Assembly: GCA_964016885.1 (NCBI GenBank)
Contig: OZ024743.1
Location: 298,096,001 to 298,160,000 of the forward strand
Reading direction: 5' to 3'
Length of the DNA: 64,000 nt
From: Eledone cirrhosa
Taxonomy: Eukaryota
Shown here piece by piece: positions 13,337 through 24,213 of this stretch; the stretch's first letter is position 1; each line of letters opens with the position of its first letter. Both the position numbers and the translations under genes were made by a program. The notes under the pieces were generated by a model that had not been told where the DNA came from, ran no database searches, and saw only the letters and a program-made list of their open reading frames with translations.

Positions 13337-13812
13337 TTAAGTGACTGAGAATACAAGACTTCCTCTTGGATGGGACATCGGTCCGTTTTAAGGTTAACTC
13401 CTAGCTGCTGCTGGTACTTATTTTTTCTACTGAGTGAACTGGAGCAGTGTGAAATAAAGTGCCTTGCTCAAGGACGCAGCATGCTATACCCAGTTTGGGC
13501 ATTGGATCCATGACCTTATGATCAATCATAAGATGAACACTCTAACCACTAGGCCACATTCCTTCACCAGAATGCACAAGGATGGAACTAAATATTTTCA
13601 TGTATTAATGTTGATATTCTCCCATTTCAGCCGCTGCTCCAGCTTTATGGTATTGCTATATTCTGGGATTGTCATCATATCACTTCTACTTCTGAACTTG
13701 TAAAATGTTTTGTTTTCTCTGTTACAGTACAGTTTTTTATTTCTCTTATTGTACAAATTACATTCTTTTCACTGTCTCTTACTCTATGGCATCTATTGTA
13801 TTTTTATTTCAG

Positions 13813-13932
13813 TATGACATAGAACTGCCAATTCCCAAGTATTTCATTTTGGAAAGACAAAAAATATTAAAGGAACGAGAAGGTCTCTTGGATTCAATTT
13901 TGACAAGATTGGGCATCAAAATTTTAGACAAA
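13813..13932 (+). CDS. IQCA1: IQCA1/DRC11 exon 4
   Basis: tttcag|YDIELPIPKYFILERQKILKERE...ILDK|gtaagt. Confidence 0.93.
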
Positions 13933-14749
13933 GTAAGTCCCCTGACAGAACTCTTTACACACGATCTTATTCAAAGTACTTTTATTTATCTGGAGGCTCT
14001 GATCTGCACTATTTTCACCATTGTGGAATCTATAAACAATGAAGAGGCTCTTTGAAAGATTTGTCATATATAATGTAGTTAGTGAAAGGAAGGGAATTTA
14101 GCCATAGAAATCTTGCCAAACATAGGGTTGGGAAAACTCTTTAACTGTCTCAAAGACATGACAATATCCACAGTGTTGGTGCCATGATAAATGTAAGTGA
14201 GATGCAGGGCACTGGCTTGTCTGAGAGGTCAATGACTCCACTTGAGTGATGACATAGTTTCTGATGACCAGTCCAACCCTTACTAGCAGGGAAAACAGAC
14301 ATTAAATGATGATGATGAAGTGGAGGATTTTGGAAACTGGAATGTACAACCTAGCAACCTATCTTGGAGGGCAGTAACACTGAATAAAAACTGACTCGAA
14401 CTGTTATAACTTGTCCAAACCATACCAACAATAGATATAATAGGAAAATAGATATAAAATGGTAGTATTGATGATTTCTTCGTATTTAGACTTGCATTGG
14501 TAACATTTAAAATTGGTGTTATTGATGATGTTTAGTTTCTCATTTTGGCACAAGGCCAGCAATTTTGTGGAGAAAGAAAAGTCAATTATACTGACCTAGG
14601 TACTTTGTTGGTACTTTATTTTATCAACCTCAGAAGGTTGAAAAGTGATGTTGACCATGGCAGGATTTGAACTCCGAGCGTAAAGAGCCAGAAAAAACAT
14701 TAAGTGTTTTTCTGATGTTCTAACAAGACTGTCATAATCCCAGTTCTGC

Positions 14750-14945
14750 ACTGATCAAATAGGCTTCTCATCAAGTTGTCTGTTGCTCTAACAATACTGC
14801 CAATCAGCTATCTTTGGTGATGTTTAGTCCCAGGTCAGTCCTGATCAAATAGACTTATCAAGTTGTCTGTTGCTCTAACATCAACTGTCTTTGATGATGT
14901 TTAGTCTCAGGTCAGCCCTGATCAAAATGACTTATTATCAAGTTG
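14750..14945. repeat. Imperfect tandem triplication (~75-90 bp)
   Basis: CTGATCAAA..ACTT..ATCAAGTTG recurs at ~14751, 14841, 14918. Confidence 0.8.
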
Positions 14946-15520
14946 GTCCTAGTCTTGACTATGCCATATTTTTCACACACAGTGTATTAGGCACTACATT
15001 ATCCAATCTGTCCTATTTATTAAGACAATAAGTTTTTATTTGAAGGAGATTTGAATGCAAATCCTACCAGATAAAGCAAGCCTGCAGAACTTTTTTGGTG
15101 CATGTTGATTTTGATGTTGTTGTTGCAGTTGGTATTAATGTTGTTGATGTTGAAAATATAGTATTGATGAAGGAGGCTCATATTTGAAGAGTTGTGAGTT
15201 TGTTTTGTGTTTCTGTCTCATTGCTCAAACAGTGTATGAATATTCCCTGATTATATTTGTAGTGGATCTTGCAAGCATTTGAGCCAGATCTCCAGGTTGA
15301 TGACATCTTTCTTCCTTCTCACTAATCACAAAAACCCAGAAAATGGCTTATGAGCACTGCCCTTCTTCCTCTGAAAATGTCATTAAAAGAATGGTGTTGT
15401 GCAGCACATCTAGTACCATGCACTATGTGTTAAGCAGTGTAGTGTAGAAGTGTAATACAATGTAAAGCAGTGAACAGTATTATATTGAGTATAGTATATC
15501 GTATGTGGTGCAGTGTTATC

Positions 15521-15732
15521 CAGTGTAGTGTAAGTGCAATTTGTGTAGGTTAGTGTAGACTTTAAAGAGAACAGTGTATTGTAAGTATAATTCTTGTAGG
15601 TTAGTGTAGACTTTAAACAGCATAATGTATTGTAAGTGTAGTTCTTGCAGGTTAGTGTAGACTCTAAACAGCACAGTGTAGTATAAGTGTAGTTCTTGTA
15701 GGGTAGTGTAGATATTAAGCAACACAGTGTAT
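15521..15732. repeat. 51-bp minisatellite x~4
   Basis: Unit GTTAGTGTAGACTTTAAA.AG.ACAGTGTATTGTAAGTGTAGTTCTTGTAG. Confidence 0.9.
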
Positions 15733-16112
15733 TTAATGTAATGTCATGTCATATAACAGTGTAGAAATGTATTGTAGGGTAATGTTATTATGTAAAAGTT
15801 TGTTGTTATGTGGTGCAGTTTAGTGCTGTTGTGAAGTGCAATATAAAGTAGTAATGCATGTAGCAGCATGCAGTGTCATTTAATGCCAGTTAAGTATAGT
15901 ACAGTGCCACCAAATTTTGTGCAGTGCCTGGAGTGATACCAATATTTCTTAATTCAAGTGGATGATAATGAAGGTAACAAAATGTTCTGATATTACTATA
16001 TTAACAATTTAATTTGTTCTGTTCTTTAGAATTGAATGCTTTCAAAAGATGGCACAGTATGATAGATTATTGATGTTGTTGCTGATGTTGATTTTGCGGT
16101 CTTTTGAAACAG

Positions 16113-16301
16113 AAAGACATGGTTCAGTTGTCATTCGAAGAGGCTGTCCGTATCATCCAGATGAATGAAAGAGCCAGACAGGGGCGACTGAGGGCGAAGT
16201 TTATGAAGGAAATAAGACTGCAGGAGGAGCGAGAGAAGAGAGCAGAAATCAAAGGAGTTCCAGTAATTGACAGAATGATGGCTGCTATATTGATACAAAA
16301 G
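16113..16301 (+). CDS. IQCA1: IQCA1/DRC11 exon 5 (first half of IQ motif)
   Basis: aacag|KDMVQLSFEEAVRIIQMNERARQGRLRAKFMK...AAILIQK|gttatc (weak donor). Confidence 0.92.
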
Positions 16302-16354
16302 GTTATCCTCGTTAATAAATTTTTTTGTGTGTATATATGTTGCATATATGAACA

Positions 16355-16546
16355 TACGAGGCACGGCTGAAAAGTTCATAGGTTGACCAAGATATTCTCA
16401 TGGAATGACCAAATCAGGTTTAATTTTCAGCATAGTGCTTGGAAAGAAACAATGCAGTTATTAATAAGAAGAGTTGAAATTAATGCATGCAATATTTCAC
16501 ACCAATAGCATCACTCCTTCATGGTTAGCCTATGAACTTTTTAACC
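16355..16546. mobile_element. mariner-like MITE
   Basis: TACGAGG..GGCTGAAAAGTTCATAGGTTGACCA versus TGGTTAGCCTATGAACTTTTTAACC; right end truncated. Confidence 0.7.
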
Positions 16547-16581
16547 TGAGAAAAAATGAAATATACAAATATATATATATA

Positions 16582-19500
16582 TCATCATCATCATCATCAT
16601 CACTGTTTTAAGTCCGTTCTTCCTCGCTAGCATGGGTTAGACGGGTTGTCCTGTTGTGGGCAGTAGCCAGTCGGCTGACCATACCTTGCTCATAGAGGAA
16701 CTGATTCTGGCTTGATTTCTACAGCTGGATGCCCTTCCTAACACCAACCTCATTTACAGTGAGTGCTGGGTGCTTTTTTCCATGGCGCCTACACCACTTT
16801 ACAGTGTGGGCTAGGTGCTTTTTTGCTGTGGCACCTCCACGACCACTTTGCAGTGGGAGGGTGTGGGGGCATATTGTCTATATGCTTCAACTTCGGCTTC
16901 TACCCGTGGGAGGGTCGGGTCTTCTGTATTACTGCATGTCGCCAGAGGTCACGGTCGTGTGTCATCGCCTTTAAGATGTGTAATTGGGTAAGGTCGTCTT
17001 TTATCACCTGATCCCAGGTCTTCTTGTGTCTCCCCACTCTGCGGTTTCCATCGACTTCTAGTGCTCTGCAACTTTTTATGCAGTTGTCATCCTTCATACA
17101 CATCACATGTCCATACCAACGCAACCGCCTCTCCTGCACACAGCATTTGATTCATCTTATGTTCAGTCTCTCTCTCAATTCGTTTATGCTTTGCCGTTCG
17201 CGTATATTACTATTACACATCTATTGGAGCATGCAGGCTTCGTTTCTTTCTAATCTATGCAAGTCTTCCACAGACAGCGCCCAGGTCTCACTACCATGTA
17301 ACATTGCTGTTCGTATACACGCATCATACAGTCTGCCTTTCATTTTGAGGGAAAAGCCTATTGCAGCTAACAGTGGCAGTAGCTCCCTGAACTTCTTCCA
17401 TCTCGTTCTTACCCTAGTTATTGTACTTTCCGAACACACACCTCTGCTGCTAATTCGGTCACCTAAGTAGCAGAAGCTGTCTACTGTTTCTACAGAGCCC
17501 TCCCAGAGTTTGGTGGTACTTGTTTCCTGTGGCTGTTTGCTGCTTGCTGTCCCAACACAGCTGCTACATGTGAAGCCTACATTCTTAGTTAAGCTTCCTG
17601 AGATCCCACTACATCTCTTGTGTACCCATTGTTTGCATTTGGGGCAGAGAATGGAGTTCCTACCTACACCTTTCCTACACACTGAGCAAGGCCATTTCCC
17701 TGAGGGTATCTTGGTTCTGTTTTCTCGTCTACTTACAAAGACCTTAGTCTTTGACAGGTTGACTTTGAGACCTTTTCTTTCTAGTCCCTGCTTCCAAGTT
17801 CGGAATTTCTTCTCTAGTTCTACCATAGATTCAGCTATAAGTGCGAGGTCATCTGCATACAGGAGTTCCCATGGGCATCCGGTCTTAAACTCCTCCGTCA
17901 TTGCCTGCAAAACTATGATGAACATGAGACGGCTAACAACAGAGCCCTGGTGGACACTGACCTGTATGCTAAATTTCTTGCTATAGTCATTGTTGCTAAT
18001 CCTAACTTTGCTGACTGCTCCTCTATACATGGCTTGTACAGCTTTCACAAGCCATTCATCTACTCCTAGTTTTCTAAGAACCCACCAGATTATAGCACGG
18101 GGAACTCTGTCAAAGGCTTTCTCAAGATCGACGGATTCCAGGTAGAGCAGCTTACTTTTAGCTAGGTACTTTTCCTGTAACTGCCTCACAAGGAAGAGGG
18201 CTTCAGTGATGCATCTTCCTGGCACAAACTCAAATTGCATCTCATCTATTTTCTCCCAGTCCTTAATCAACTGTACTATAACTCTTTCTGTTACTTTCAT
18301 GACCTGGTCCATCAGCTTTATACCTCTATAGTTTTCTCTATCTGCTACCTTGTAGCAGTTGACAATGATGCTGCTGCACCAATCCTTTGGTATGACACCT
18401 TCTAGTATTACCTGGTTAACAATACGTATGGTTATGGTGTGACGTACCGACCCAGATGCCTTCAGCATCTTGGCAGCTATACCTGATGGACCGGTACCTT
18501 CCCTGTCTTCATATCTTTGATTGCCTTACTTACTACGCTGCTGCTGACTTGTACTGCTGGCCTCTCTATAGGGTCTACTTGGGGTAGGGTCTCTTCTTCC
18601 CATGCATTCTCCCCATTTAGTAATCTTTCATAATGGCTCTTGCACGCATCTTTCTTCTCAGCACTTGTGAGGGCAAGCTCACCTTTATCATTCCGGATAC
18701 ACTTCTCTCCAATGACATCACAATTCTCTCTGACACACTGCCTCGCAATCTTGAACACCTCCTGTTTCTGGTCCTTACGTTGAAAAACATGCTTGAATTT
18801 TCTATCCTCCGCTTCCCTCCTAGCTAAGTATACTTGTCGCCTAGCTTCGCTCCTAGTCTCTATGTAATGTACCCTGCTTCCCCCGTTCTTCCATTCTTTC
18901 CATGCCTGTCTCTTGGCCTTAACTGCCTCATCTATGTTATTGTTCCACTGCCAAGTCACTCTCCTCCTGCCTGTGGTCTTACTCCAGCCACAGATCTCAT
19001 CCGTCGCCTTTAGTAAGTTACTTTTTAGGAACTCCCAGTGCACTTCTACATTGAATGTCTCTATCTGTTCTTCTTTACTGTCATAAACATTGAGTAAAAT
19101 ATCTTTAAATCTGTTACTGGCTGAGAGGTCTTTCAGCTTCCAGATCTTTCTTTGCCAGGTTGGCTTCTGTTTCCAAGTTCGTCTAGTTCTGACCGTGAGG
19201 TTGCTGACAACTAAGTTATGTTGGGAGGTACATTCCTCACAGGGAAGGCTTTTGTGTTTACGACCATCCATCTGTCACGTCCTCTGGTGAGGATAAAATC
19301 TATCTGACTAGAATGCTCCCCTGATCTATAGGTGATCAGATGGTTCTCAGGTTTTTTGAAGTTTGTGTTACATATCGATATGTCATTGGAGTCGCAGAAT
19401 TCTATAAGCCTGAAGCCTTCTTCATTCATTGTGCCAACCCCATGGCCTCCATGGACTCTATAGAAGCTGTCATGGTGTTTACCTACGTGTCCGTTAAAAT

Positions 19501-20444
19501 CTCCTGCAATGATTAGGAAGTCATTGTCATTTGTTAGAGCAGTGCATTAGGGACTCGTAAAACCTATCTTTAAGTTCGTCTGGCAACCCCGATTGGGGTG
19601 CGTAAGCTGATATTATTGTGGTAATTGTTTTATTCAGGACTAGTCTGAGTTTAATGATTCTTGCATTCACCCTGTTCACTGAGATTACCTTATCTACCCA
19701 TTTGTCAGCTAGTAGGATACCTACACCACCCATCCCATCGTCATTTCCCACCCAGAAAAATTTGTGGCACTGACTTTTGCCTACAAGGACTCTAGCAGAC
19801 TCTCCTCTCCATCTAGTCTCTTGCACACAGCATACATCAATTTCCTTTTGCTCTAGCATCTCTACAATTTCTCTTGCCCTTTCTTTCATTGTGCTAACAT
19901 TGATAGTTCCAACTCGGAGTTTTGGGCATTTGCCAACATTCGTGGGAAAGGGTAAATTTTTGCGGGGGTTTGTGTATGCTTCCTGTCTCTGAATTAAAGC
20001 TTCGCATGGGTGCTTGGTAACTCGCGGATTCATATTCATTTTCATTTATTAATTTGGAGTTGCTCCATTTATTCTCAGCTCATCCATACATAACGGTAAG
20101 AGAATTCAGGGCTAGAAGAACAGTGGTGGTGGTAATAATGGCAGGGTTTGTTGGGGCTGGGAAGGGCGAGGAGAAAGGTAGTAGTAGTAGTAGTAGTAAT
20201 GGCAGAGTTTGTTGGGGTTGGTAATGTTGGGGGGGGGACATGCTGAGGTTTGATTGGTCGAATAGGCTATGGTGGTGTGAGGGGGTGGGCAGGAGGGAAA
20301 TTATGAGATAGGTAGCCATCATGGTCTATAGCATCTCAGGAGATTTGGGCGAAATAAACTGATACGAGTACCTATATTAGACATGGTGAAATGTTAGGAT
20401 TCCGAAGGGAATAGATGACTTCGTAGAGACAGTTAGAGACAGTC
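16582..20444 (-). mobile_element. Near-full-length RTE LINE, subfamily A (5'UTR, APE, RT, PHD, 3'UTR, (GAT)n tail), frameshifted
   Basis: ORF pieces 19527-20045 (GTINV, VQETRW, SAYAPQ), 19211-19429 (SQIDFIL), 18477-19271, 17221-18468 (DLEKAFD, YADD, YLG), 16900-17139; (TA)n at both ends. Confidence 0.97.
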
Positions 20445-20470
20445 ATATATATATATATATATAATATGCC

Positions 20471-20548
20471 CATATTTATTCACACATGCATTTGCAGTAT
20501 ACATGATGATGATGGTGTATACTGCAAATGCATGTGTGAATAAATATG
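20471..20548. repeat. Perfect 33-bp inverted repeat with 12-nt loop
   Basis: CATATTTATTCACACATGCATTTGCAGTATACA - TGATGATGATGG - exact reverse complement. Confidence 0.97.
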
Positions 20549-20561
20549 TACCTTTTACATA

Positions 20562-21153
20562 CATCATCATCATCATCATCATCATCATCGTTTAACGTCC
20601 GTGTTCCACGCTTGCATGGGTTTGGACGGGGCTTTTCCCACTTGAGGCAAGAGTGGTTGTCTTGCTCGCATAGGACTGTCTGGCGGGTTTTCTACAGCTG
20701 GATGCTCTTCCTAACACCAACCACATTTACAGTGTGGGGCTGGGAGGTTTTTACCGTGTTACCTACACGGCCACATTACAGCGTGAACTGTGAGTTTTTT
20801 TGACGTGACACCTACACGATCTCATTTGTTTCGGCCTGGATGTTGTGGCACCAACATAACTTTACATTGAAAGGGGCGGTGTGGATGAGGTGGGGGTGGT
20901 GGGACGGGGGTGTATTTTGTTAGAGATGCCTACTGACTGTAGTAGGTTTTACTTTGTATTTAGGTAAGGCGGGTCTTCTCTATTACTGAGTACCGCCAAA
21001 GGTCTCGGTCCAGTGACATTGTCTTGGTGAGGTGTAAGTGTGTGAGGTCGGAATTTATCAGCTCGTCCCAGGTTTTTCTGGGTCTGCCTATTCCGTGGCT
21101 ACCGTCTATCTTTATTGCCCTGCACTTTGTTATACAGCTATCGTCCTTCATGC
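20562..21153 (-). mobile_element. 5'-truncated RTE, subfamily B
   Basis: RMKDDSCITKCRAIKIDG...EKTRLT*, 3'UTR and (GAT)n tail. Confidence 0.95.
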
Positions 21154-21233
21154 GATATATATATTTGTATATTTCATTTTTCTCAATTTTTTTTTCTTTT
21201 CTCACTCTCTATTTCATCTTTTATTTCTCATTC

Positions 21234-21273
21234 TATCTTCTAATGAAAGACTAGTGTCCGAAACGTAAAGACA
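21234..21273 (+). ncRNA. Degenerate minimal hammerhead (Penelope-type)
   Basis: TCTT-CTAATGA-aagac tagt gtcc-GAAA-CG-TA-AAGA; core has A where G5 is required. Confidence 0.5.
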
Positions 21274-21367
21274 CTTCTACTAAATTAAGCATTAAGCAAA
21301 TATATTTCTTCAATGTACTGAGTTGTTTGCTTTGTTATTTCTGTTTACTTTTTGCATATATATTATA

Positions 21368-22060
21368 CTAGCTGAGGTACCCGGCTTCACTCGGGAGAAT
21401 AGTTAAGAGAAAACGAATAAAAACGAAAACGGCTGTATTGGATGTGTTGTCTGCTATGAGGTGAGACCGTAATGTGTGTGTGAGAGACAAAAACAATCAT
21501 AAAACTTCATATTAGGCTGGGGGAGTAAACTGCCGATTAAATGGTAGCATTGCCCTTGGATTTTAAATGTTGTGAAATAACCATAGTCAGTACGATCTTT
21601 TTCAGCTACAAAGGACGTCATCTGAAACACAGCAATATACTGCATAACATTGCTTCTGAAGTGTTGCTTCGTTAGTACGGTCTGTAAGTAGTATATGAAT
21701 AAAAGCTGGAGGGTAGATTAATTTCAAATAGTATCAATTTTTCTTTGTTCTGTAAAATCAAAGATTGTAAAATGACTTTATTAAAGCTAACGCAATATTG
21801 TTAAACGTTCAACTGATACTTTTCTGGGACGTCACTCTCTCTCTCTGAATATCTAACACTTTAATTGTATCTCTCTCTGTATAACAACCTATCTCTCTTT
21901 CTGCCTCTCCCTCTGTGTTTCTCTCTCTCTTTAGATGTGTGTGTATGTATTTGTGTGAGTGTGTTTGGTTGAATCACACAAAAACTACACCCACACACAC
22001 TCACACAAATACATACACACACTCACTCACACAAACACATCTTTCTTTTATATTATATAT
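21368..22060 (-). mobile_element. Helitron derivative with RepHel coding remnant
   Basis: 3' hairpin + CTAG at 21368; minus ORF FQMTSF...TFKIQGQCYHLIGSLLP typical of the RepHel N-terminal region; shares a block with 13060-13115. Confidence 0.8.
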
Positions 22061-22079
22061 ATATTATATATATATATAT

Positions 22080-24182
22080 GATGGACGGGTAAGGCGGCTG
22101 GGCCTTCGGAAATAGTTGCTGAGATGCTGAAGGCATCTGGTTCGGTGGGACACACCATGGTCACCCGGATAGTTAACCAAGTCGTACAGAATGGGGTTGT
22201 TCCGAAGGAATGGCGTAGCAGCATCATCGTTAACTGCTATAAGGGAAAAGGAGATGCCCTAGATAGGAGTAACTATAGAGGCATTAAATTAATCGACCAG
22301 GTCATGAAGGTCACGGAAAAAGTAATAGCGCAACTAATCAGAGAGAGAATTGATCTAGATGAAATGCAGTTCGGGTTTGTGTCAGGCAAAAGTACCACAG
22401 ACGCTCTTTTCATTGTACGACAACTACAGGAGAAGTACCTAGCTAAAAGTAAACCCCTATACTTAGCTTTTGTCGACTTGGAGAAAGCCTTCGACAGAGT
22501 CCCCCGTTCCATTATCTGGTGGTCTCTTAGAAAACTAGGTGTTGACGAATGGCTTGTGAGAGCTATACAAGCCATGTATAAAGAAACAGTCAGTAAGGTT
22601 AGAATTAACAACGAATATAGTGAAGAGTTTAGCGTAAAAGTTGGTGTCCATCAGGGCTCTGTACTTAGCCCCCTACTATTTATTATTGCCCTTCAGGCTA
22701 TAACAGAGGAGTTCAAGACCGGCTGCCCATGGGAACTCCTATACGCAGATGATCTAACGCTCATAGCTGAATCAATGACCGAACTAGAGAAGAAATTCCA
22801 AACGTGGAAGCACGGCCTAGAATCAAAAGGCCTTAAAATTAACCTGGCTAAGACTAAAGTTCTAGTTTGTAGGAAAGAAAATAAGGCGGCGGTCCCATCG
22901 GGGAAATGGCCATGCTCAGTGTGTAGGAAAGGCGTAGGTAGAAACTCCATTTTATGTCCCAAATGCAAAGTATGGGTGCATAAAAGATGTAGTGGGATCA
23001 CAGGTAAGCTAACTAAGAACATAGATTTTACATGTGGCCGGTGCTCTGGTGCAATAAGTAGCAGCAAGTGCCCACAAAATACTAGCTCCTTCAACTGCGC
23101 AGAGGGTTCTATAGAAATAGTGGACAGCTTCCGTTATCTGGGTGACAAAATCAGCAGTGGGGGAGGGTGCTCTGAAAGTACAGTAGCTAGAGTCAGAACT
23201 GGATGGAAAAAGTTCAGAGAGCTTATACCACTATTAGCCGCTAGAGGGTTCTCCCTAAAAATGAAAGGCAGGTTATACGATGCCTGCATACGAACAGCAA
23301 TGCTGCATGGCAGTGAGACCTGGGCATTGTGTGCAGAGGATATACGCAGACTAGAGAGGAACGAAGCTTGCATGCTCCGCTGGATGTGCAATAGTAATAT
23401 ACGTGAACGGCAAAGCATAAACGAACTAAGGAAAAAATTAGAAATAAGAGGGATCAGATGTTGTTTAATAGAGAGAAGGCTACGTTGGTACGGTCACGTG
23501 ATGCGCATGAAAGACGACAGCTGTATAACAAAGTGCAGGGCAATAAAGATAGACGGTAGCCACGGAGTAGGCAGACCCAGAAAAACATGGGACGAGCTGA
23601 TAAATTCCGACCTCACACGCTTACACCTCTCCAAGACAATGTCACTGGACCGAGACCTTTGGCGGTACTCAGTAATAGAGAAGACCCGCCTTACCTAAAT
23701 ACAAAGTAAAAACCTACTACAGTCAGTAGGCACCTCTATCAAAACACACCCCCGTCCCACCACCTCCACCCCACCCACACCGCCCCTTTCAATGTAAAGT
23801 TATGTTGGTCCCACAACATCCAGGCCGAAACAAATGAGATCGTGTAGGTGTCACGACAAAAAACACACAGTCCACGCTGTAAATGTGGCCGTGTAGGCAA
23901 CACGGTAAAAACCTCCCAGCCCCACACTGTAAATGTGGTTGGTGTTAGGAAGGGCATCCAGCTGTAGAAAACCCGCCAGACAGTCCACGCTGTAATGTGG
24001 CCGTGTAGGCAACACGGTAAAAACCTCCCAGCCCCACACTGTAAATGTGGTTGGTGTTAGGAAGGGCATCCAACTGTAGAAAACCCGCCAGACAGTCCTA
24101 TGCGAGCAAGGCAACCACTCTTGCCTCAAGTGGGAAAACCCCCGTCCAAACCCATGCAAGCGTGGAACACGGACGCTAAACC

Positions 24183-24210
<28 letters not shown>
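22080..24210 (+). mobile_element. Young 5'-truncated RTE, subfamily B
   Basis: Uninterrupted RT-PHD-Cterm frame, 3'UTR with ~120-bp tandem duplication, (GAT)n tail. Confidence 0.97.
22124..23698 (+). CDS. RTE reverse transcriptase with internal PHD finger (524 aa, lacks APE)
   Basis: NYRGI, QFGF, AFVDLEKAFD, GVHQGSVLSP, YADD, GLKIN..KTK, C4HC3 finger, FRYLG, HGSETW, RRLRWYGHV. Confidence 0.93.
   Translation: MLKASGSVGHTMVTRIVNQVVQNGVVPKEWRSSIIVNCYKGKGDALDRSNYRGIKLIDQVMKVTEKVIAQLIRERIDLDEMQFGFVSGKSTTDALFIVRQLQEKYLAKSKPLYLAFVDLEKAFDRVPRSIIWWSLRKLGVDEWLVRAIQAMYKETVSKVRINNEYSEEFSVKVGVHQGSVLSPLLFIIALQAITEEFKTGCPWELLYADDLTLIAESMTELEKKFQTWKHGLESKGLKINLAKTKVLVCRKENKAAVPSGKWPCSVCRKGVGRNSILCPKCKVWVHKRCSGITGKLTKNIDFTCGRCSGAISSSKCPQNTSSFNCAEGSIEIVDSFRYLGDKISSGGGCSESTVARVRTGWKKFRELIPLLAARGFSLKMKGRLYDACIRTAMLHGSETWALCAEDIRRLERNEACMLRWMCNSNIRERQSINELRKKLEIRGIRCCLIERRLRWYGHVMRMKDDSCITKCRAIKIDGSHGVGRPRKTWDELINSDLTRLHLSKTMSLDRDLWRYSVIEKTRLT

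Positions 24211-24213
<3 letters not shown>

Noticed and set aside
15516-15725. ORF with a 17-aa repeat
   Set aside because: A 51-bp minisatellite read in frame; no splice or homology support
17024-17986. Plus-strand ORFs of 148 and 158 aa recurring opposite several RTE copies
   Set aside because: Antisense frames of the RT; recurrence is explained by copy identity, with no independent coding evidence
22124-23698. Autonomous active LINE or domesticated RT gene
   Set aside because: 5'-truncated (no APE or promoter); the open frame is explained by youth, since near-identical copies occur at 41-45 kb
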